The notes beneath the pieces are model-generated. The model did not search any database. It was not told the origin of the DNA and saw only the letters and a program-made list of their open reading frames with translations. A stretch of 64,000 bases of DNA from Vicugna vicugna (Eukaryota). Shown in pieces: positions 24,791-35,977 of this stretch. The stretch is taken from positions 1,434,072-1,498,071 of the forward strand of contig MU059884.1 of assembly GCA_013265495.1 (NCBI GenBank). The letters are read 5' to 3'. Each line of letters opens with the position of its first letter. Position 1 is the first letter of the stretch. The position numbers and the translations under genes are program-made.

Positions 24791-27700
24791 GGGGGTGGAA
24801 GGGTACTGTGCTGTAGTCAAATGCCAAATGGGCCAGAAATAGAAAGCAGAGTCAGATTAGGGCTGAGGTGGGGGAGGCAGAGATAAGGGAGCCCCGAGGA
24901 GGACGGAGGCTCCACAGCTGTTGGGGCCCACAGCTGCCATGGGGCAGACCTGCCCGTGGCCACCCCACAGGACTGGCTTCACCCAAAGTGCAGTAGCAAC
25001 CTCTGAGTCAAACCCCCTCGGGGCCAAGTTTAGCCTCTGACTGACTAGCTTAAGTCTGATCTCCCTGGGCCTCTACTTACCCTTCTATAAAATGGGCATA
25101 AAAATATTGCCCTCCCTCTGCTGGGTGGCACAAGGCGCTGGTAATTACTATTTGGCAGGGTGCTAAGGTGCTGACAAGCTTGACCTGACACATTTCTCCG
25201 CAGCTCCTCCAGACACTGCACCTCACCTCCCCAGAGGCTACGGGCCATCAGAAGCCCCTGCAGCTCGCACAGACCTCAGCAAAGCCGGGCCAGCAGGCAG
25301 GTGTCTCTCTCTCTGGCAGCATCTGTCAAAACGAGAGACTTGCCTAAACTTCAGCTGCCGCCTGGACATTGTGGAGGTGGGAGACCCACCTGCCGGCTGC
25401 CATCCTGGGGCCCTGCTGCGCCTGGGAGGCTGCTCGGGGCTGGGACACCCAGAGGGGTTGTCACCAGCCTGGAGGTGGCCATGTGGTGTCCTTCTACCTG
25501 AGGAGGGGCCCGCCCAACCAGGGCCTTCTCCAAGCCAGGTGATGACTACGTCCGAGGACCGAAGCCCAGCCCAGCCTGGTGGGACGAGCGAGCCAAGGTG
25601 GGTGCTGTGTGTCTGAGTGGGCAGGGAGAGGACGTCCAGTGGGCAGAGCTAGCCCTGCTCCAATCCTTCCACCAGGGAGGAAAAGAGGGTGCCTTCTTTC
25701 GAGTGCCAAGGAAACCCGGAGGTTCCTATACATTCGCTTAGCTTGCAAAACCAGCCTCCATCGCCGCTCCCAAGGGGTAGGACAAGCTTATGAAGCATGA
25801 TGGCCTTTCTGTGGTGACTTTTTCCCTTGCTAGTCTGTGAGATTTTTACCCAGTTTCATCCACATGTGGAATGTTGGGGAGCCCGCAGAGCAGCACATGG
25901 CAACCTTGAATCAAATCTGGAGTCCCTTGGAACAAGTCTGCAGGTGATTGAAGTAATGCCTGGCCTTGAGCAGAAGGATGGGAAAGGGGTAGCTATTGGA
26001 TCTCCCTGTGTAATTTTGAAATGCTAGCATGCTCATCTGCAGAGTGGGATCGCAGTAACATTAAGCTCTTCCAGGTGTCAGAACACACTCCTGTGTACTG
26101 GGCTTTCTCCTGTGACCCAGCTGTTAGGGCTGATGTACACCTTGCTTATTTATACCATCATGCCTTCTGTCCAGCCTCAAAGCCACCCTTACCTAGTGGG
26201 CTCTTGCTTTCATCCTTGGCTAAATTCAGCCACTGTAAAATGTGTTAAGAGAGAGCTGAGACTCTAGCAGATGGCTGTCCACATCTCCAGGCCCCTGGCA
26301 CTGAACACCAGTTTAAAATCAAGATGTTTTAATTCCTAGAAACTGGGGGGCTAGATTGGGGAATGACGTCAGAGGCCTGTCTAGCTTAGCTTATAGCCCC
26401 CACCTTCTTTAACAGTCATCACTATCTTTAGCCCTAGCGTGTTACCAAGTGACTCGTCAATGTCACAGGGACCATGCAAAAAATCTTAGGCACGTCGTTA
26501 ACCTCATTCCAACGTGTAATTAGCCTAAAAGGCCTCCTCACTGCCTCCACTCAGCGTTACATCACAAAGAATCAGACATTTGCAGGACACCATGAAGACT
26601 TTAAAGAGTTAATTATGGCTCACTGGAGCCCATCCCCAGGAGCCCACGATCGAGGAATTAAACTGTTTATTTTCAAGTGTCAGTCTTCAAGAGAGCAGGC
26701 ACAGCCACTTCCCCCATAGAATCTGAGACTGACATTGGTTTGAGAGTAGAGCCACCAGAGTACGCAGTGGTGGGTTAGAGGAGGGAATCTGACTCGGCCT
26801 TCCTCTGACTTTTGGCCATGTGTTTTCAGAGATATCATCTGTACAGTGTCAGAGAGAAAAGAGAACCAAGGAGAGCTGGAATTCTACTTACCCTCCTAGT
26901 TTCATGGGGCGAATCCAGCTAAAGCCATTTGTAATCTCTGAGCTGGAGAGACCAACAGTGTGTCCACAGTTCAAAGCAAGTTCAACCCTAATCTGGATGT
27001 TACAATCTGAGCCAATCTAACCATGCAGGCTCTGAGGACATTATTATCAGTCAAGTGTAATTATAGATAAAATAGTTTTATTAATCAGCTTCCTAAGAGG
27101 GCTGTGTTTATCTGATGGCTGAGCATGGCGTGGCGGGATCTGGGCTGTGTGTGGCGGGTCTCTGAGGAGGAGAGCAGGCCAGATACAGGAGGAAGTGTGG
27201 CTGGGAGCTGTGTCTGGGTGTTATGCAGGCTCTGAGTATGAGGAGTGGGAGTACATGGGGTAGAATTCTGCCTTTTCTCCCTACTCTTTGTCATAACTTG
27301 GATTTGTCATAACTCTTTTCCCCCCAAAAATAGGCTTTTCCGTATTTCTATTTAGCTAGGATCTATGGAGCTCCCAATTGCAGATTCCACCTGCAGGTGT
27401 CCTCTTTAGTCACTAACTGTCCACCAAATTTTCAAATCTTATCTCCAGATCTATTCTGGCTTGTCTTAAACAACCATCACTTTAAACTAGTTTGTCAGTT
27501 GCAAAGGATCCTGGCAGGGTAGCACTCCTGAACACTGGCCTGACCAGAAGTCAACTCCACTCACCTCTGGGCAGGATAAAGCTCCTCGGGGCCCAGACAT
27601 TAACGGGATCCTCTGTAAAGTCTGCGATTGCGATTTAAACTTGTTTAAACATCAGGGGTCAGGTGGGTGTCAGGTAACACTGCACAGCTAGGTTCCCCCT

Positions 27701-28539
27701 CTGCTGAAGGCTGAGCCACTGCCCAGGGACTGTGGAAGAGGCATGGAGCCAGCCGGGCCACCTCTGCCCTTCCCCCCAGTCGGCTCGCAGCGCTAGCTAC
27801 TTGAACTGGCCTCTCTCAGCACAGCCGTGTCTGCTGGCGATTATGCAACTCACCGCTTGCTTTGGCTGGAACGCTTAACCCCAGTTGATTCTTTCCTCCC
27901 TCAGGAGGCCTTGTGCAAAATCTGTCATCTGCCTTAATGCAGAGGTGCCACCTGACCTCTGCCTGAAGTGACAGCTACAGCCAGGGGTGGCTACAACCCC
28001 CAAATCAGAAAGACCAAGAGCCCGTTTCTGTCCCATAGAGGCAGGTGGCATCCATTCCATTCTCCCCTAGATACTGCAGAAGGGTGAACTTGCCAAAGCC
28101 CATGCACGGAGCTTTGCAGACAGATGTAAACTGTGCCAGCTGGGATCTCTATGGCCATATGGCAAATCTGGCTGGCCACTCTGTAAAGTGAGCTGTTGGG
28201 ATTCCTGAAGCTTCTTTGTTCCCAAAAGGGCATGTTGGACCTCAGGGGAAAAAAGTCTGGATGAGGGAATGAATATTATATAAAAGTATTGCTCCATTTA
28301 ACATAATTAAGGGCTGTTGGCCAAATATGGAGGCCTTCTCCTAACTCCCAAGGTTGATATACTTTTGACAGATGCCAGATAAGAGACTGCAAATGAACAA
28401 AGGGACAGATGAGTATCTACTAGGTACGAGATGCACACATCTGTATTACTTTAATTAATCTAGTAAGTAGCTAATATTATTCTAATTGTGCTGATTAGGA
28501 AACCGAGGATTGGGTAAGGTTAGTGGTGGTGATGATGTA

Positions 28540-28760
28540 GCAGCAGGAGGCAGTGCAGCCCTCGTTTACTGAGTGTTAAGTAAATGTCAGGCTATGGGCT
28601 AAGTAAGTACTTATTTTACAACCTCTCATTCAATCCACACCAAAACTCTGAAGTAACAATGTGTTTATCCAGGCTGTTAGATGAGGAAACTGGCTCAGAG
28701 AGATAAGTATCACTAGCTACCAAGTGACAGCACCGAGCTTTGAGTCCACATCTATCACCT
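28540..28760 (-). mobile_element. MIR SINE
   Basis: gttagatgaggaaactggctcagagagataagtatc. Confidence 0.7.
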
Positions 28761-29959
28761 AGAGCTCCTTCTCGCACTTGTTTTTTTCTTAGATACCTTC
28801 TCATCTGGCTTTTGCTCATCGCAATACCACAGTTGCCTGTTTAGTTCTTGTATCACTTGCTAATGTCCCACATCTCACTGGTTCTTTGGAACCAAAGGGA
28901 TAGCTGTCAACTCAGAAGGAACCTAAATCCTACCTCTCTGCCTTGGCACGTTGAGAGGAATTAAAATATCACTTCATGAAGAGATGAGGGAGCATGACAG
29001 CCAGGACTAAAGGAGACACCTGTCTTCACTTTGACTCCAACAGCTCAGCGATAACTTCCCCAAATGCAGGCCCTGGACAAACACCCTGGGGAGTGACACG
29101 TTCCTTATGGGAACCTCCGCGGGTTTGCAAATTCAAGGCACAGACAAGTCAGTGTTGATGCGAATCTCTTGTTGAGGTTGGGCAGCTTCCCAAATTTGAA
29201 GGCTCTCCCCTCAGACTTATAAGTACTAATAAGTACCAGGAATCACTGGATTTCAGTTAGGATATGATGACAAACTCTAGAATGAAGCAATAAATCAGAC
29301 AAGTTCATAATAGTGATAGACTGCAATTTTGTGAAAAGCGCAATGCCTCAGTCCTTACACCATTCTGTGCTTACTACCAAGACTATTTCTCTGAATGAGT
29401 TTCCCAACAATGCCAAAGTCAGGAAATTTCCGTGTGTAATTCAGACCTTTGCATTTTTCATGGCAAATTAAGCTGTGGGAGGCAGCAGAAGATTGCAAGG
29501 AAACAACTAAAGATGACAGTACTAGTTCAAAATGAGTGGGAGAAGAAAACCGAGCAACAATCTCTGTAAAAAATAACAGCGGACCCTGGAAAGATACACA
29601 GGCGAAGAGTAAGAGGAAAATCAACGTTTTTGACGAAGTATCATTGCTTCCCTGCGCAAATATGCCCCTGAAGAACAGACAAGATCTGAGGACTCCTCAA
29701 ACTCAAAGTCCTCATCAACCAGCCAGAGAGCCGCCCCACCCAGTTCACAGGGGCTGATCCCCCAGGCACCACGATTCAAACGTCCAGGGCTGCCACGTGG
29801 TGACACAAGGGAAGACTCAAGTCAACCTTCCATGAGCTCTGGGGCTACCCACTCATTCTGTCCCCCACACACCTGCAGGTTTCCTCTTGTTGGAAACAGC
29901 CGCTCCTTCTGGTTATTCCATACATCGTAGAGCATCGTGGGCAGTGGCCTGAGTTTTGA

Positions 29960-30115
29960 ATCAGGCAATCCTAGGGGGCACCCTGGCTCTGCTACTGGTT
30001 AGCTGTAGAACCTTAGGCAAATTACTGAAGCTCTTTGACCTCAGTTCCCCCTTCTGTAAAATGGGGATAATTAACAGCCCCAACTTCTACAGTTGTTGTG
30101 CTTGGCACATATTAA
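29960..30115 (+). mobile_element. MIR SINE
   Basis: ccttaggcaaattactgaagctctttgacctcagttccccttctgtaaaatggggataat. Confidence 0.8.
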
Positions 30116-30404
30116 GGAACCGTTTTTACCAGGTCATTCTAATTTTTTCTGGCCCAGCTCAAATGCCACATCCCACAGGAAGCTTTCTCTGACTTGTTCC
30201 AACCCTTCCTGACCTCCCCCTCCCTGTAGGTCCTACAGCCACTAACTCAAAATTTGGCTTGGACCTCTGAATATTTCCTCCCCAAATCTCTGTTAGAGCA
30301 TCTATTACCTGAAGGCGTCAGGTCTTTAAGACAACTAGGTCTCACTTTTTTTTTAATACTCCTGAAAATACTGGGCTATTATATATATATATTTTTTAAT
30401 TATT

Positions 30405-30555
30405 ATGTTTACTACATTCACATTTTAACATTTCTGAAATCAGGATAAGCTCTATAATCTAACTGCACATTTAACATAATGTTTTCTCCCCACGATGATT
30501 ACCTAAATCAATGATGTATATTATAATCAACAACGTCTTATAAATCAGATTTGGC
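30405..30555. mobile_element. MER104-like (TcMar-Tc2) element
   Basis: tcacattttaacatttctgaaatcaggat...aatgatgtatattataatcaacaacgtcttata. Confidence 0.55.
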
Positions 30556-31814
30556 TGATTGATGAGGGTAGAGCTATGCAAATCCAATTATAAATTTCCC
30601 CAGGAACCCTCCTCCCTCTTCACCCTCCATCCTCACAGCCACGTCCGCCCCCAGTCCCTTCACTGAAGACATGCCTTTGGATGACAACTGGCAGAAGTGA
30701 GTTCGGTGTAGAGACACGGATGTCGGTGTCGTCACACCCATTATCACACTACATCTGTGATCATTCCCACTGACAGGCGAGGAAACTGAAGTTCAGATGG
30801 TTAAGTTCACCAGCAAGTCTGGCATCAGCTCACCTGTTGGAAGATTGAACCTTTAATGATTGACTGATGGATTATCTACTGATAGCTTAACTTTCATTAA
30901 TGAGGTTCCTGAATTAACCAAGCGAATGAGTCATGGCTGGAGGGATTCGTCCATTCAGTACCAATTCATGGCAGCACCATCAGTACCACAACATCCTCCA
31001 ACCAACACTGTGGACTGGCCACCGGGGTCAATGACATCCATTCTTCAAATTGTCACCCCTAGCAACTCTCTCAGGAAGCAAGCCCTCGTGCTTGCCAGGG
31101 GACTGATGTTTGGTAGGAAAACAACTAAAGAAAATTCTGCCTTCAAGAATTCTTCCTTTGAGAAGGCTTCCCTTAGCTGGACCTCTCAGATCTGTGCCTT
31201 TGAAAAGCCATTATGGCTTCGGAGTCATTTGGGTAAACCTAAAACATAGGAACATTGATTAAGTTGGCTTCCAGTATCTTTACAGGAAGAAAGGAGACTG
31301 AACATACAGTCCTGCAATTGTGTCTGCTGTTTCATAAACATTGTCATCATTCAACCGTAAAATGACAAAATCAGTATTCTTATTCTCATTTTCATTATGG
31401 TTCTGCCAGCCATGGACTTTGCCACTGAAGGCAATCATGATGCCATCAGTGCTGGAAATCACACAAAATTCAATTCTTCCATGAGGCTCATAGACAAGGA
31501 GGGATTATCAGGGGAGCCACTTCACTGGTACTATCTGCTGAACTGGGGCCCCTGGCCAGCAGAAGGGACAGCATGAACAGCTACAGGATGAGCTGGATAT
31601 AGGAGACTGGGGAAAGATGCTCGAAGAGGAAATAAAGCAAATACACAATCTACCAACAAGAATTGCTGGAGCACTGATTTGTGCATCAAGTCCATGTTGG
31701 GTGTTTCAGGGAACAACAGATTTATAACCCTTATCCTTGCTTTTAAGGATCCTAGCAGCAACCTGGGAGGCCTAAGAAAATTTATATCAACTTAGATTCT
31801 GGCTCCAGAAGTAC

Positions 31815-32075
31815 CAAATGATAGCATAATGGTGAAGCTGTGGACTCTGGTACCATCTGCCTAGGCTCAAATCCTGCTTCATGTTTTACCAGCTGTGTGA
31901 TATTGGGCAAGTTACTTGAACTCTCTATGCCTGTTTCCTCAAGTAAAATTTAGATAATAATAATGGTATCTACCTCAGAGGAATGATGTAAAGATTAAGT
32001 GATTTAATAGGTGTAGCATGCCTAGACAGTTCCTGGCACCTATTAAATGCCAGATAAATGGTAGCGATTATGATT
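31815..32075 (+). mobile_element. Near full-length MIR SINE
   Basis: gcataatggtgaagctgtggactctgg...gctgtgtgatattgggcaagttacttgaactctct...cctggcacctattaaatg. Confidence 0.88.
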
Positions 32076-33299
32076 ATTCATTGCAGAAAGGCAATATTAT
32101 CCTACTTGGTATGGTAATGCTCAAAGGTCAGTGATCTCAGTCAACATTTATGTTTCTCTCCATAGATCACAACAGCCACATTCGATGAGAACTTACTATG
32201 CACCAGGAATCACAGTAATATTTCCAGATGAGGAAACTGAGGCTCTGAAAAACTGATGCCTCATCTCATGTCTTCCAGGTGGCAGGTGCCGGGAGTTTTC
32301 ATACACACCCCCTGACAGAAAACTTTTTATTCTTAAATTTCTAAGTCAGTAGAGCATAGAAAATGTAATCTTACTCCAACAGACTCTTTTCTGAAAAATC
32401 GTTTCAGGATCATAGAGGCAGGGATCCTAATCCTAAGTTCATACATTTCACCATCACCCTGCAAATCTGTCCTGCTAATGGCATCACCTATGAATTTACC
32501 TAAATATAGTTTTTAAACTCACATTTGTTTTCAGGCTGTGCTGCCTCTTGGGGTGATGGTGAGGGTCCCTGCTTTCACTCTAACATTCAGAGCTGCAAGT
32601 TGGACACAAGGTCTTGGCTGCCCAGGAGAGCTGGAAGCACAGTGCAAAAAGGCAGAGGGTTCTCAAAGCTGTCCCGTAGGTGACCGAGGACACTCTATTT
32701 TTCAGCCTAAGTTAGGCTGAGTTTCTGCTCTTACAGGGAAACAGGCAGTTCTCAGCAAGACACTTGAGAGCTGGTATCCAAGTCAGATCCTGGCCCAGTA
32801 GCTGTGGACACCTGACTGAGCTGCTAAACTTCTTCCTTTCTTTGTCTATAAGGGGGAGGAGAAGGGAGAAAGCCACCATGTAGCTCATTACATCCAAAAA
32901 GGTTAGAAGTTGAGTAAGTTAACGAGTCCGATGGCCTGTTTTGCTTTGAGTGAAAAAGCAGAAACAGGGCCTAACATTGGTTCTACAAACTAGCTGCTCC
33001 CTTCATCTGGTCGGAAGGCATGAGGGGGTAGGAAATGGTGGAGAAGGGGTTTGTGATTAAAGTGCTCTCTCGAAGAAAATGCTATGATCAGAACGAAACA
33101 AAGGGCTTATTTGGTGCTTCAATTGGAGGACCTCATGCAACCCTCACAGCACCCAGTGGATAGATCCGGTTATTTGCGTTAGAACTAGTTATTAACTACC
33201 TAGTTAAGTGATTCAAGGTGACACGACTAGAAAATGATGGACCTAGAATTTGAATCCGAAGCCGTCTGGTTGCACGGTCTGTGTTCTTAGCCACTGTCC

Positions 33300-33690
33300 C
33301 ATTCTGCCCCTTCACCTTACCACGCGAGGGGGGTAGGGGGGAAGGAGGATGCCCGATGAAATATACAAAATCGCAGGACTCCGCCAGCCCAGGAGGGGGC
33401 ACCGCGGCTGGATTCCAGAGTTTCCCCTCCAGCTTGCCCCAAAGAGAGTTCCCAGCAAATGCAGGATCCCGCAAAGCTCCCAGAGGCAAGAATTCTCAGC
33501 TTGTTTACTGAGTCCCCTGGGGTTGGGGGGAGGGGGGAGCCGGGCACAAAAGCAGGATAAAGGTAAACCTTCTGCGTGTGAGAACCATTCCCCCCTCCAA
33601 GGAGCCGTGTCACACTGTATGTCACCGTCATCAAAGGGGCTGTGCATAAACCTGAAAAACCAAACGGACCTGTCTGTAGGTGTTACTTAT
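33300..33690 (+). promoter_or_regulatory. ELF5: ELF5 main promoter, intermediate CpG density
   Basis: TATA-like CATAAA 33645-33650, forkhead TGTTTAC 33502-33508, G-tract box 33519-33544, TEAD-like CATTCC 33586-33591, retained CpGs; directly upstream of the first exon. Confidence 0.8.
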
Positions 33691-33797
33691 ATCACAAGGC
33701 TACAGGTGCCTTTATTTCCACTGTACGCTGGTGCTGAGAGCGCCCGCCTTCTCTTGCCTTGAAAGCCTCCTCTTGGACCCTGCACCGCTGCCCTCAC
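33683..33797 (+). other. ELF5: ELF5 non-coding first exon (ESE-2b / 255-aa isoform); TSS approximate
   Basis: AAGGCTACAGGTG...CCGCTGCCCTCAC matches my recollection of the ELF5 mRNA 5' UTR; donor CAC|gtaagc at 33798 would join GGTGATG of the first coding exon. Confidence 0.88.
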
Positions 33798-34425
33798 GTA
33801 AGCACCTTTTCTTTGCTCTTTTGGATGAACTGTAAGGGGTGTCGGGGGTTAGAGACTCCGGCTGGGGCCTGGGTCTTTAGGTCCGCCTCCAGCTCCTGAC
33901 TGCCGCCGGCCTGCTGCCACTTCCATCAGTCACAGTGCCTCCTGGGAGCTGTTTGACTAGGTTGAACTGCTGGCCTGAGAAAGACATTTTTGCCTCCTCA
34001 GGCTGTATAGCCACCCACCTCCTCCTCGGCAGCCCCCCGCCCCACCCCCCGCTCCCTTCGGATCGCTTGATTAAACCAAGGGGAACTAAGAGGGAATGCA
34101 CACAGACACTCCATTCTCTAAAGCTAACCTTAGGAAGGGAAGCTGGATTTTACAGCAAAGATATCCAGCTTCAAGCAAAGCCCACCTCCTCCTGCTAAAT
34201 TCCTCCTTTTCTCATTGGCCTGCTCCTGGCCCCCTCCTGAAACAAAGATAGCTGCCTTGATACAGTTTGGGGCATTTTTCAAGAGTTTGTCTGTATATAA
34301 TGGCTTAAAGGAAACCCATTCTGCCCTCGCACACCAGCTCAGTATAGAATGCTTCCAGAAAAGCAATGGTTAGGGTTTTTCCACTGTATTTGTTCTCAGA
34401 CTGCAGTGTGTGGGGCTCTTGTGCG

Positions 34426-34444
34426 TTCGCCCCCTGCTGGCAGC
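34426..34444 (-). promoter_or_regulatory. CTCF motif in ELF5 intron 1
   Basis: Minus strand reads GCTGCCAGCAGGGGGCGAA, containing the core CCAGCAGGGGGCG. Confidence 0.7.
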
Positions 34445-35523
34445 CGCCGGTGGCACATGCTCCCTTCAACTGACGCTGGGGACCCCTGTTTAGATGTGCT
34501 ACGAATTTTACAAACTGGAAAGGTTGTCAGAGATCAGTAGGAGCAACCTCTCCGTTTTACAGATGAGGAGACTGAGGCCTAGAAAGGTAAAGTGATATCG
34601 GGGGACAGTTTCATGTTTTAGTCTAGCTTAAAGAGCCAGGGAAACGGGTTGTTTGCAGCTCGGAGTGAAAGCTTAATTTTTTGTGCCCATGTTCTCTGTG
34701 ATAATGTTCTTCGTGATTCAGTGTGTTCTCGGCAGGAGTTTTCGCAGGGTGGTTTTTTTTTTCTCAGAAGTCACCTGAGTAGCAATCTTTTAGAAGTACT
34801 GATTACAATTGATTTCCCCCCCACCCTCTGGGACAGGAATGGACATACGTATTATGCCCACTTATCTAAATATATTACCTAATTTTATTAACTCCTTGGG
34901 ACATCCTGAGGATTGCATGTTAAAATCCCCATTTTAGAGAGGAGCTTAGAGAGGGTCATGGATTTTTACATACCACATCTCATATGAAGCAAAAATAAAG
35001 GATAAAAAATAAAGTTTTGACAGACTGAGAAGTGAGACGTGTGTCCTGCCCCCCTTGCCTTGGGCGTGGCAGAGGTAGGATCTTAACCCAGATAGATTTA
35101 ATCCAAAACTGATGAGCTTTGTCTTGGAGCCTACAGAACACTATAGGGGGTTCCTCCTATGAGTCTTTGCTGCACCTTCAGCAAAACAACTAAAAGCGAA
35201 CAAACACACAAACTCCCTACTCAAGCCAAAGAAAGACAAGGAATCACTTGGCAAGACATCAGCAAGTCAGTTCCCACAGCTGCTCTGGTTTCTCCCAGAA
35301 GAACAAACACTCAAACACCCAGCCCACAATCTTTTAACAGCAAGTGTTGAAATCGTCCATTGGGTTTTTCTCCACGCGTCCCTTCTTAGGGAGGTCTGAA
35401 GGGTGGGAAGTTGGCCCTGCCTCATCGCAGGGCTTGGGTCCTGGTGGACAACTGGGATACCGCGGAGGCTTTAGAGAAGGAAAAGCATTATTCTTCCCAG
35501 TGAGACTGCTCAGATGATGGGAT

Positions 35524-35581
35524 CAGGGAAGGCCCTCCTTGGTCCCCTTTACCAGGGAAGGCCCTCCTTGGTCCCCTTTAC
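35524..35581. repeat. Perfect 29-bp tandem duplication
   Basis: CAGGGAAGGCCCTCCTTGGTCCCCTTTAC x2, read directly. Confidence 0.95.
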
Positions 35582-35749
35582 CATGGTTTACACCCTCATG
35601 GCCTTGTTCTGCCCAGCGATGTTTTGGCGCATAAACAGCCAATGTGTAGGTGCTTAATTGGGTGAATTTTTGGTCACATGCCCAGAGTGAAGTTGATGAT
35701 CTCTGCCAGGGTCAGGAAGGAATTTTCCTCCTCTGGCAAACTGGCCAAG

Positions 35750-35977
35750 GCTGGGTGGTTTGCTCCTTCTGCTCTCTCTGGAAGGCTGAGCAGAGGTGCC
35801 ATGAGCACCACACCTGTGACTGCTGCCTCTGACTTGTGTGAGGGCAAGAAGCCCGGAGGCCTGTCTCTCTGACTGTGCGGACCCTCCCTGTGCACCTTGG
35901 TGAGTGAGCCGGCTCTCAGAAGGGTTAGGAAGCCACTGGAGACATCGGGGACTTCAGCGTCCATGCCATTTTCAAAG
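35750..35977 (+). other. ELF5: Candidate alternative first exon, homologous to the human ESE-2a (isoform 1) first exon
   Basis: GCTGGGTGGTTTGCTCC...AGAAGGGTTAGGAAGCCACTGGAG...TCAGCGTCCATGCCAT resembles my recollection of the human variant-1 5' UTR; candidate donors at 35900 (TTG|gtgagt) and 35978 (AAG|gtacct). Confidence 0.65.

Noticed and set aside
30860-31249. 129-aa ORF upstream of ELF5
   Set aside because: TTG start, no recognisable homology or splice structure
32847-32883. TATAAG followed by perfect Kozak GCCACCATG-TAG
   Set aside because: ~800 bp upstream of the supported first exon; the ATG would sit at the cap site; likely chance
33349-33762. 137-aa ORF across the promoter
   Set aside because: Starts upstream of the likely TSS; no protein similarity
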